Under the pieces are notes generated by a model that saw only the letters and a program-made list of their open reading frames with translations, searched no databases and had not been told where the DNA came from. DNA of 64,000 nt from Phoronis australis (lineage: Eukaryota > Animalia > Phoronida), in NCBI GenBank assembly GCA_002633005.1, contig NMRA01000322.1, positions 248,001 through 312,000 on the forward strand. The letters run 5' to 3'. The position numbers were made by a program, and so were the translations under genes. Shown here piece after piece: positions 1 to 12,900 of the stretch (positions within the stretch are counted from its first letter, which is position 1; every line of letters begins with the position of its first letter).

Positions 1-911
1 CATCCATATAAGCAGCCATGCAAACTACTGCAATCCTGTGTTAACGTTGGTACAGAAGACTGACTCCAGTCACATAATTTATGAAATATGAATGTGTCTA
101 CCTATTGATAGACAGAAGCCACATGAACAGGGTTGTCACTAACATTCTAGTCAGCTAATTCTCTAATGCTTTACTATTGATTTTCTTGTGTCCTCCAAAC
201 TTGTAACTTTTTATAGGTGAAAACAGATAATTTTGACGAGGTTTCATATTTAATTAATAGGGTTCAATGTGCATTGGTACTGACTCTCTCTTCCAAAAGT
301 GTGAACTTTGACATACTTGCGGAACCACTTTTCAAGGAAACAAAAGTTGACAGTTGACAACATAATCCAACACAGGGGCATACAAAGAGCAGTCATGGTA
401 CTCGAAATGCAACACTTGGGCATAACACCACCCTTGAACAGGACCCCACTTCTGAACAATGACACAATTTACAAGAACCCATTTAGACAACCACACTGTG
501 TTATTTACCGTCTTTTTACCACGGTAGAAACAATTTAAAGGCATTTTGGGTCATTTTAGGTTAACTTGAACCTTTAAAACAATTTCTATAGAAACAAAAT
601 TTATATAACAAAATAATAAAAATACAGTGTTGTGCTATGATCAAGTCATACATTGCAAACACTGATAAACTAAATCACTGTTTCAATAGACTGAGCACCT
701 GATCAAGTCACATGGCAATCTGTTACAAACTCAGGTTGGGACTAGTGTTCAACATTGAAAAGCAAGAGATTTGAGGAATTGTTAATATCATTTTTATAGA
801 AATCCATTAAAAAGTTCAAAATATCTAAGTGAAATGTGCCACATTGCACCAAAATGCCTCCAAAATAGGAATATTTCCTACAAACCATTGTCTAGGTTGA
901 TAGCCACTGAT

Positions 912-3900
912 CTATTTATCCACTGTATGTTCAGAGGCAACAATGCCTTCTTGTGCCAGTCTCTTCAGCATAGTACCATAGACCTCTTTAGCATAGGGGC
1001 CCAACACTCCCTTAGACTGTATTTCACCTAGATCAAACAAGAATCAAGCAACAATGAAATCAAAGCACAGCTTGAATGAGAAAACTTAGTCGTGATCCAT
1101 AATGAAAGCCAATTACAGGACTGTGACAGCTTATTTATTACTCCCACCTCAAGTCATTTTCAGACACTCAAAATTAACTCCAATTGTAGAACAAATTCAT
1201 TCTGGGACGAATCTTGCGGGACAAGATTTTGTGGTGTTCAAACTTGGCTGACCTCCAAAATTTGCCTTTTCTCTGTTATCCGAATTAAGAGAGCTAAATT
1301 TTTTCAAGAAAACAGTCCTGTACCTTGGACACTTTTTGTAGACCATGGAAAACTAATTTTGGAAATACTTATTCTTGACCCAAAAAGGCGAGCCGTCCGA
1401 AAATGGGGCGACTTAACCACTATGTCAAGAAAAACAGAGTATGAAGATGCAGAGTTCACAGATCTCCTAGCGCCACCTACAGTCATTTTTTGAAAATGGC
1501 TGCAAGAGCAGAATACAATGCATTTTCAAAAAATATTTCAGCTGCTTGGGATGCCTCTATGCAGACAAAATTATTCACCAATAATTCATTTATATAAACA
1601 ACAAATCCCGACAAAGATAACCTGGAATAGAAAACTCCCGGAATTGACTGTATTATTGATGAATTCTCCATATCAGTTTATTTAAAGCAGCTGCTTACGA
1701 CAAGCAAAGCTAAGTCCACAAAGCTTGTCTCTGCTATTGATTTTTATGTTTGTTAAACAGTTATTCAGAGTGAATCAGCCTTGGTATATAGAAGCAGATC
1801 TTGGATGACCTGAAATTTAGCAATCACTTGGCACAGGGCATCAAAACAACACAGACAGGCTGAGAGACATGAAGATAGGATGGTCGAGAGATATGAACAT
1901 AGGATAGCTGAAAGAAGAAGGGTTCCTAGTTATCATGCAGATAACACTCTTCCATCCAAAAACACTGAAAAGCCCCTTGTTGAGACCAAAATGACCCCTG
2001 GGTGAGCTGTAGTGGTGAGGGTCATTTACCATATGCCTATAAAAGTGAATTCATGTTCCCAAAATGTGGGCACACTTGCTTGAAATTATTGATAAACAAT
2101 GAAAATAAAAACGGGGACAACTGACATTCCTGCTGAACTCCAAACTATAATCCGAATAATCAATAATCTCTCCATCTTGGTTCCAGGACAGATATCTTTT
2201 ATTAAACTGCATTTCCGGACCAATAGATAGACAATGGATGGATAGACAACGGATGGATGTGCAATGGATGTATGGGTAATAGATGGATGGGCAATGGATG
2301 TATGGGCAATAGATGGATGGGCAATGGATGTATGGGCAATAGATGGATGGGCAATGGATGTATGGGCAATAGATGGATGGTTAATGGATCCCTATGCTTA
2401 AACTAATTGTATTGTGTGTAATAAATGACCATATATTTTTGCCAACCTGGCTCTCTCTTTCATCTCTGGTAAGCACTCGTGACGCACGTATCATTTATCA
2501 TTGGAACATATGTCAAACATAAATGATATTTCACTTGTTAAACATATTCATGTGATCATATGGATCTTATCTTGCACTCCCTTTTTTCTAAATTCGAAAT
2601 GGTCCACCAATTCCCTTGTGCAATGCAACATGACATTTATTCTACTTGTTCTATGTTAGCCCGCTCTATGAGTTTGGTCAGCTCCTGACTCTAACAGGTA
2701 TAAAATTATTAATTGTCTTTAGGCCCTTTCATACTAACGTCGATGCGTCGATGTTTCGGGGAGCTCTGGTCAGTATGAACGGTAAACTTCGGTCTTGGAT
2801 CGAAGTTCACAGATGAGTGCCAGTTAACTTTGCAGTAAACAGGTGGATTTAACAGCGGAGCGTTGACACTGCAGTACGGTATGAACGGTTAACTTCGGTC
2901 TCATCGAAGTTATCCCTAGCAGCCACTGTTATCATCTAAAATTTCATTAAAGGGTAGTGTCATCACTAATATTTGCTAAAAAATATTTTGCTTTAATAAT
3001 GACCATTCGAATTAGAAATAAGTTTTATTTTAACTATCACTCGTAAATGTTCTCAAATTGTCACAATAAAAAGTTTTAACACCATGGGATGCATCAGCGC
3101 CATCTTGCGATTGCTTTGATGATGGCAGCATCACATACCATTTACTTGGATGCCGTTAACTCCTGGAGCTGGTATGAACGGTTCAACTAACATCGCAGTT
3201 TACATCGACGCTCCACTTAGTACAAAAGGGCCCTTAGAGTAGTTTACGCCTGAAGGACACACGAAGGTCACACGAAGGTCACACGATGGCACATCCTCAC
3301 GTTTCAGTTCAATTTCGTTATGTCAATTACACAGACGTAGATATCCAAAAACTCTTCACTTACACCCACTCATTCCTCTCACTTTTGGCACCCTCTTGTG
3401 CCTCTCAAGTTGTGCTTTTTATAATTGAGGGTATTCTTTTTATATATTGTATTTCATTACCAACCCTATTTTTGTACTTGTATTCTGTCATAATAAAAGA
3501 CATTATTTTGCCAACCTCGGTCTTCTTTTCATCTCTAGTAATGAGCTGGTGATGCACATACCTTTTATTCTTGGTACATATGTCGATCACAAATGGATGT
3601 ATGAATGACAAATGCAAGGACAATGGATGAATGGACAATGGATGGATAGACAGATTGATGGAGCCCATACTATAATACCACACACATTACGAATCAGTGG
3701 CGGATGTAGAGAGGGGCCAAGAGGGCCATGCCCCCCCCCAAAAAAAAAATTCTCCCAGATGACATTTGTCACTTCAGGGGTGCGAATGTCTGCCAGGCAA
3801 AATCCTGGCTAATATTTTGCCCTGTCCTCCCCTAACTCAAAATCGTGGATCCGCCCGTGTACTAGATTTCTTTAGAACAATTCATCAGTTCAGCTAGACA

Positions 3901-6900
3901 CGCCATTTGCTCTTGCCTGGTCGACCTTTCTCTACTGCGTCCTTCCATTTGCTCTGGGGTATAACGAGTAGCACAGCTATGGAAAACAATGCAGGCTCAC
4001 ATTGTCCCAACCTCCAAAATTGTCGTTGAGTGACATAAAAACTTGCCTGTAATAACTTCGGGCTGTACTATACTACAACCCTACGTGCACAGTCATTTCG
4101 GAATTGAACAGTATTCATTTGTTACATGTAGAATGCGGCAAGTGAAAATAATTACTAATTCGATTACATCATATCGACGATTTTGCAACCAACGTTACCC
4201 TAAACGGCTGTTAAACAAAAAATTTAATTTAGAACGCTTCACGATTTTGCAAGTCATCCTTGCGATCAGGGGCCACGCTAACTTTCTCTGTATTGTTCCC
4301 ATTATGGCATGAGTACAGCGTAGAGCTGTATTCTTTCTTTTTAGCTTTCTAAAGCTGAAGATAGACAATTTAATACGGTGGCGTTAATGCGAACAAACAA
4401 CATATTCAATGGTTGTCTCTCACGGTCCTGGCAACGATGGATGAAACTAGCAACCACGTTTGTGGCGCATATAATACAACCACTTGCCTAGCCACTTTGG
4501 GACAGAAAAGCAGTGGCAGATTTAGGGAGGGGGGCAAGGGGGCCATGGCCTCCTAAGATTCTTCCACATTTCATTTGGAAGTTCGGGAGTGGCGAATGTC
4601 TGCCGGGAAACATCCTGGCTATTATTCTGACCTGGCCCCCACTAACTCAAAATCCTGAATCCGCCCCTAAAAATGACAATAAACGTGTAAGTGTAGAATA
4701 TGCAGAAGTTATAGAGTTTGCACTGTATTTATATAAAGGTAACAAATTTTGCATTTTGGATCAATATTCAAAACAATGTCCAAGCACATCATTAATGGCT
4801 GCAGGTGTTCACAAGCCAATTATCCCTAACTCCTGTCAATTTAATAAGTATTCAGCACTACAGCCAAAAGTGTGGAGGGGCAGATGTTAAAAATATGGAC
4901 CGTCAGCAATATGTGTGCAGAGGTTAATTACATCCCAGAAAGATAAATGCAGATGACTAGCAATAAAATGACCATAATGAAAAGCGCAATTCGGATTAAA
5001 AATATATTGTTATTCAAGGTTTGCCGTTGTAGCAATTCACACTTAATTGACATTGAACTAACTGGACATCGATTTCTTCCTAGTTCGTATTAAGCAAATG
5101 AATGTCCCGAGTTGTCCCGAGGTGTGGACAGGTTGATTCAACAACAGCTTAATTATATAGCTGACAATCACCACTATGCGGCGCCCTCTATAGACATTGA
5201 AGTAAACTAGACTTCAATCAGATGTTAGAACAATATGAAGTAAAATGACAATTTGTTAGAAGTGCAATAGGTTTCCTAAAAGTCAGTCTGTTTAGGCCAG
5301 TTATGTTGGACACATAAAATTCCGTTCAGCACAAAAATTCATTGGAAACCACACAGAGCCAAACATGATTGTAAAATAAAAACTGACCTTCTCTACAGCT
5401 TGATTTAGTAACCAAAGTGCTTTCTATTGCCAGCAAAAAAAAAACTACATGACCACAACCAAGGAAAGATTGACAATTCAATTGCTCTTGATATTCCAAC
5501 TCTCAAATTTCAGGAACGATTTTTAATTCACTCGTTTATACCTAATTGAAAGTTACGTACAACCTTCAACCCTGAATACTAAATGTTAGGGATTTTGCAG
5601 AGTCAACTTCCCACCTGGTAAGTATTAAACATGGTGGACATTGACATACACAAGCATGTGATTATCAGAATAAATGATCTATTTTAACATGTTTGTCCTG
5701 GGTAACACTAACAACAAGAAACATGTGAATCTAGTATAATGAGAAGCAGCCAATAAAATGATGAACTTGAGCACATCTACAGTACGCGCTAAAAGTTTTC
5801 AAACAAGATGACCCCAAATCCCACAACAATGACAACTGGACAGAAGCCAAATTCATCATCAACAGCAGCAGCATTTATTTCCTTCATGACAGAGAATGAA
5901 GGAAATTTATAACAGGAAAGACAGTAAGATTGAGCTACGCCATTCTGTGACAAGGCAACTTCGGATTTTGTTTGACGACCTGGTAAAAATCCCAAGTCAC
6001 CACAAAGTGGCCACGCACAAATCCGAGCACCTACTCAAAATATTACGAGTAAACAGATGAAAGTTGGAATCATTCAGCGAAAATAGGAGGGGTCTACTTA
6101 TGAATCGTGCGCAGGTGACGCATGCCAATCATAGGCATCTGTCGTAGGAGGTGAGCCTACGCGAAATATTGGGCCTGAAGACTCGGGTAATTGGTAAACA
6201 AGTTACAAAGAATATAAGACACATTTTCTGCTTAGCTAAAAAATAAATAAACAAAAAATCAAAGAATGCCTCTTCAGGGTGCCATGGTAGGCATTTGCTA
6301 AGTACACAGTTTCTTCATTTCAGATTTAATGTTTATTTCATTTTTGGCTGTTGCTAAATATGCTTCGTTTGTAGAAACCACGACTTTTACAACCCACTTA
6401 AGGGGTTTCCTTGTTTTGGCATCCTGGGAATTTTCTCAAATCCCATTCAGCGAGCTGACGTTATGGTAAGCATCGAGCCCCATGTGATTAGAATTTTGAT
6501 GTCATAACAGCCATTACCAGATGAGTCATTTTTCTGTTAACAGAGTTCGCCGTCATGACCGTGAGCAATATTTTGTCCAACGACTCCTGTCATGTACCAT
6601 AAGGAGTTCACGAAAAGTGGGCATCTGACAGCTAACTCAGCTGAGAGCATAGTTCCAACTTTTCACTATCACATTATCAGCCAGATCACTCTTATTTCAA
6701 AGTCATTTATTCAGACTCCAACGAAATACTACCATCAATACAGTTATGAGATTTTTTTAAAGTAAAATTTCAATTGGACATACCGTCAAGGATCATCTTG
6801 GCACCAATGCCTGTTGGGTAGCCAACTGTCTTGGCCATGGCGCTGTAGCCATCCGCATCACCGTAGACGACCATGTCAATGTGGCGCTCCTGTTCCTCAC

Positions 6901-9900
6901 CAGACATCCAACGGATACCCACGTCATGACGGAGGATTATGAGATCCCGCTCACCTTGACCTAGACAGGGAGATAGAGAGAGTAAGTATCATCACTGATA
7001 CGAGGCTGTGAACAAAATCACACTAGAGTTCGACACTTGAATAAAATGAAATGAATATTTGGGAACGATGATGATGATGATGATGTAAATATCATCTTTT
7101 TCAATGAGGCGTGGAATATGTTGCGAGCATCCCGTTCAATCCGCCATCTTTTTTTCACATCACGTGACCTAATGTATATAAGTCCGAAAAGATTTCTGCC
7201 CCCGACCGGGACTCGAACCCAGGACCTTCTGCTAACCGTGCAGACCCTCTAGCCACTGAACCATCGGAACCACTGGTCAGACACAGAAATCCAATCGGAC
7301 TTAGTAGTGGGCATCTTGCCCATGGTCTCCATTGTGTATGTAAATATCATCTTTTTCAGTGAGGCGTGACGATTATGATAATGGCAATAGTGAAGATTGT
7401 TGCGTAGCTAGAGAGAAATGACATCCAACCGCTACTATTGCCAACTAGTCAGCTTAAGGGACATTTTCAGTGGAAAAGTAATTTTTCAAAAATTAGCAGT
7501 CGTGCGGAATCGATCCTAGTAGCCCCACAGTAACAGTCAAACACTCTACCATCAAGCCGAATCCGGACGTTGAAAAGCAAAGTTTTTTAAGCACATTTAA
7601 AAGATACAGGCACTGGCCTTGATGTCAGCAAATTTCTAGCATACAACAGTGAGAATTGGCGATTTGTGATTACAAAAACCCATTCAAATTTTGTCAACAG
7701 ATTTTGTTATTTTATAGTTTTCCTCAAACAAAAGATCTTCAAGAAGTCTATCCCATACAAAAATAATCCCAAAATCGTGTGTTTTGGCTTCAAAAATGAA
7801 TACTTTCTTTTACTGTAAACCAATGTTCCGTTCAAGAGTTAAATTTTCATTCAGACCATTTACCCCTGCAAACTGGACTCAACTTGCTCTAACTAAGAAG
7901 AGAAGTCATTTTTAAGTTCGCGAAGAACTGACAGGTTTTTATTCCGTGATAGCTCGGCACATACAATGACAGGCAGCGAAGAGTCAATTAGAGCCTGTCC
8001 TCAAGCTATAACAAAATGTCAACTCTTTTGACACCTTGAAATCACCTCCAATTTCACTAAGGAACAACTTAAGGTGGCCAAGAATGCAAAAAAAACAGAA
8101 TAAACTGCATTACTTAAAGTGGTTCTCTGCCACTGAAACAGAAGTCAAACTGTTCACCAGGTATTTTTACGGTTTGTGTGTAAAGCTTTTGAATTTCTGT
8201 TGATGTCAAAGCATTTTTCCTTTAGATTCAAATTTCGAAATAAACGATCTGTTAACTGCTCGTCACTTTCATTGCTGAATTTTCTGCCACAAGGCAAAAA
8301 ATGTCTCCTTATTTTGTATGGCAAGACACAGACGTAGCATATTTTAATTACATGGAAAATATGACCTTCAACCTTTGAATGTAAATACAAAACAACGGCG
8401 ATGTTGCACTTAGGAAATGTTTACTGCATAACTCCTTGAGCATATGTGCGCATATATACTATTAGGGGCGAAGACTTTGAAAATTGTATTGGGAGGAAAG
8501 AGTTTTGATTTCATGTTTCAAAACCAGCGAATTTGATGATTCGTTCAAGAAATTCTTGAAATATTCAAATTGAATGGCTCTCACATTAGCATCCTCAACA
8601 AAGCAACGCAGAGCGTTGGAATGCGCCCACGGCTGCACCGCAAACAGTGTGCTTCTAGGGGTGTTTATTTGTACCATAAAATGACCATAAGATGGCACAG
8701 AATACGATGAATATATCCAAAAATGGGAAGGTGTGATCGTCTCAAATAACCATTTGCCAAATTTCATGAAAATCCATCAAAGAACTGCAAAGATACAAAG
8801 CAAACATAAAAAAAAACAAACAGCCACTAGGAACCACAGTGGTAGTCGAATCCGTCCGTCTGCAGTCAAGTCAATATGAATACAATATATTCCAAAATTT
8901 CAAAAACATCTTGCAAGCAGTTTATAACTGTAGAGACGCAAAAATGTCACTAGGGAGCACCACAGAAATTGGACCTGCAAATCCACGTCAGTCATGCTGT
9001 TGTCAGTAGGAACACATCAGCAAATTTTCATGATGATCCTCTGCGTGGTATGGCAGATACAGATCTGAAGCAGACGATAAAAAGATGCTAAAAATAATTA
9101 AAATGACAAAAAAACGGACACTATAAGTCGAATTTATCCAAAAACAGGAACCTGTTGACTCTTTAATAAAAAGTTAACCTTTTTATAAAATTTCATGAAA
9201 ATCTGCTGAGGAGTTTCAAAGAAAAAAAGAGGACAACGAAAAAATAAAATTGCCACTAGGGGGAACAGCAGCAGTTAGATTCGTAAAAATGTCGTCATTC
9301 TCCGTTATCAATTTCATATACTTGCCAAATCTAATATCCTGCAGAGGGCTTGAGAGATACAGCCAAAGATGAAAAAACTGCCACTAAAAAGCGCCGCAGT
9401 TGTCCCAGTCGTCCGAAAATCATCATCAGAAACATAAACGCCAATCCTTAGAGTGGTTTAGTTGATAGTTGAGCAGATGCCAAAAAGACAGTAGAAAACA
9501 TTAAGAATGGCCAATGGCGTAAAATACACTAAAACCCATCCGAAAACGGGAAATGTCATCCTTTCTTAAGTACAAATTTCATAAAAATCCATCAAGAAAC
9601 ATCAGGGAAACAGAAGAAAACGGAAAAAATGAAATTGCCTCTAGGGGGCACACCGGTATTCGGATCTGTCCGAAACTTTGGTCATGCCGTTCCATCCATA
9701 AAAGAAACATATGTGCAAAATTTCAAGAGCACATCAAAGTGTTTTGGAGATAGAGCAACGGATAGACAGACAGGGACGACGGCCTAATATATAAATATGT
9801 GGGCGCATATGAAGTAGATTTTCCACGATTTATTTAAAAGTATAACAAATTTTTGTATCCCAGGCCTCTCTAAGACAAACTTCATAATAGTAAGTGGTCT

Positions 9901-12900
9901 GAATTAATTTTTTGTGGTGGCACTTTTATTGCCATTTTTATATTTCATACATCACCCCCACATCTGAAAATGAACACAGAGTATGACACAAACTTGCTCA
10001 ATGACAACCATACAAAAAATTGTATAGAACATGCTTAGATTCAACCCAACACAAAGAGTACTTACCAAATGCCAGCTTTTTGTTGAGAAACTTTGATGTA
10101 GTTAAAAGCGGTGAACCCTCCTTTTCAATGAAGTCATCGTCATTCAGAAGCCCCAGCCTTGAAAAAGGGATGGAATATTTAATTGCAAGCATCATTCCCT
10201 TGAACCAATAATTATAAAATAATAATAACACAATCAAAAGTAGTAACAATAACAAACAGATTTGGTAGGCCTCTCAGACTCAGCTTTAATTTTGTATTTA
10301 TTTTCTAACTTCTTTCCAAGGGAATTATTAAGTTATTAATGTTAAATGCCTGTGCCTCTGATCAGTAACCTTTTTCCAGTGAGGTACAGAGAATTCATGC
10401 AGCACCAGAGTGAATAACACTCAGTGAATTCAGTCACAACTGAGCATCAGATATCAACCAACAATGACTATGAGCAGATATCAGGCAGCTGACAATGACT
10501 GTGAGCAGAAATCAGGCAACTAACAATGACTGTGAGAAAAAGACAGTTTGACTTATTCGGTTACGGTAAAATATCACTAATTTCAGACAGAAAAATGTCA
10601 AAATTGGTATTTCTTATTTTTCAAAGATTTTTAACATTGCTGTGAATGCCTGTCAGATGACAGCTTTTGTTTTAATCTTTTATGATAAAGCCTTTATCTG
10701 GTGTTACTTATCTTTTACAAAAACATGAAAAAATAAAATTTCAGGTATCGGCCATTTTGTTATAAATCAGTGAGAAATTGGACATGAAATTTGAAGAAAG
10801 AAAACCTTGTGTCCCAAATTGAAGAATTTATATTGTTTTCAGCTTTTGGAAACAGTTCTGAAACAGAGTACATAACTTAATAGAAGCTTCATTGAATAAA
10901 ACTAATAGTAACAAAATTCTCCACTAATTATTTTGCACAAAAATAATTGCCAACACTTTTACTTTACAGTTACCAAGCTCCAAACAATGGAAACATTTAC
11001 CAAATGTTGTTTTATTATAGCCTGGTCTGCACGCCACCTGTTGGCCACATCACTAGGTCACGTTCATTTGGTCACATGACTTGGCCAACGTATCATTTTT
11101 CCGTTTTCAAAGGCTGATTACCTTGCTGCGCATAATGGAAATGTTGTTTTACGAAATGAACACACTTCAAACCTGTCAGTAACAGACTGAAATGTTCTTA
11201 TCTCTACAATACTGAAGAAACTGGGAGGATAAAATTTCACTAGTCAGCTATCTTGTGTGCTAAAAGGGGGATTAATTACCACGTATTACAATTAATGAAT
11301 CTTTCACACGCAGGTACAGCATACTGAGAGGAGGGAATGTGGCCTATAAGGATAAGAGTCGACTTTCTTTACCCAACGTCATGGGTTCAAGTCCCACTGG
11401 GGCACATTGCAAGACCTTTGAGTCAGGTCTTGCACTCCTTAGCATTAGTTAGTATTAATAAGGAAATGATTCCAGGTGATCAGAGCAATGGGACCACATG
11501 AGTGGCCTGCATACGTTCGGTACAACAGGTACCAAACAGCCTGAATTTATTTTCTTGGCATAATGAACAAATGAAGAAACTCACTGCTCAATGACATCGA
11601 CTTTGCTTGCGTCTCCTCCAAATCGTTCATGTAATACAAGCTTCAAGATGTCGGTTAGAGTATCTGTGGGCTTGCCAACCAACTCGCACAAGAATTGTTT
11701 CTAAATGAAAAGAGAAGATATAATTCAACTTAATCTGGTATTCAGACTTTAGAACTGTAATTATTCTACATTCCACTACAGCTAATAGGCTTTCATGCAA
11801 TATTCACTGTGCTGCTTGGTATTAGGACACACAGTAACACAGAGGATTGGTAGGCAACCACCGTGTATATCGCATGCAGTGTAAATACAAGAGAGGGTCA
11901 TTATTTTGAACATTGTCACTGATGGGAGCGATTCCAGTAAACTTAATAACAGCCTTGAGGGAGTGCAAAGCCAGACAGAAATGCTCTCCTTACCAGGAGC
12001 ACACCATCACGATTATTCAAGAAGATTGGAGGCCACAGCGGCAGACAAGGAAGAACACAACAACGGCATTTGCTTACACCAGACCTCCATGCCTATTCAC
12101 ACTGGCACGAGGTTTTGGTCTGTCATTTCTTCACGTTCTTCAGGTGTCAGAGTCGGAATTTTCAAAAGAGGTCCACCAATGGTTATTTTCATGCACACAA
12201 AACTGTGATCATTAAGAATTTGCAAAATTCATGATTTCATCAGTTTGACAATGTATAGTTCTGACAAGTCATTCAAGCTACTAATTCCAGCCAATCAAGG
12301 CATGAAAAATGCTTAATACAACAATCCTCCGTCATTTCCCACAAACATTCATTGCAAACGGAAGCAGAAAGATGGTTTTCCAATGTACTTGAGACACTTA
12401 ACTTACAGTGCATATCAACAAGTAGAACAAACAACTTTGTTTGCAATATACTTCGGGTTTTGGAAAATCTGTCTTCCCAGTTTTTTCTTACGAGACTGTT
12501 TTAAAAGATGCAAGCCTTCGAGGGGTAGTTCTTACCCAAGTAATGTCTGGCCCTCCAGGATGTAACAGATGGTGGTCCTCCCGTGAGGTGAGACCTAGCT
12601 CCAGCAGTGCCTTGACATTCTCACAGAAACCCTGCAACACGTGATCAACGGTGTATTGAATGCAGTACTTAACGTAATTTATGATGTTGCTTTCACCTGC
12701 AGAGGACATGATCATGCGACTGTTTGAACCAAAAAAACAGTTAATGAGCTAGAAAGACACCATTTATAAATAACAATAATATTGTTATAGAAGTTACTAG
12801 ATAAAACCTGATGACATAAGGCTCGAACCAAAAAGTGTGAAATTAAATGGACAAAAAATTAAGAGACAGGGTGTGCTTAAAAATGTCTAAGATGCCATCA

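Noticed and set aside
250-544. Additional AASS terminal exon or small gene
   Set aside because: AASS ends at the TAG at 914-912 with a homologous C-terminus. These ORFs have no recognisable similarity and are probably 3' UTR or intergenic sequence.
11906-12215. Two overlapping 100-aa ORFs as a nested gene, or a Penelope end with a hammerhead ribozyme
   Set aside because: There is no recognisable protein motif, and the ctgaaga..aaaac pattern on the minus strand lacks convincing stems and an intact GAAA core.
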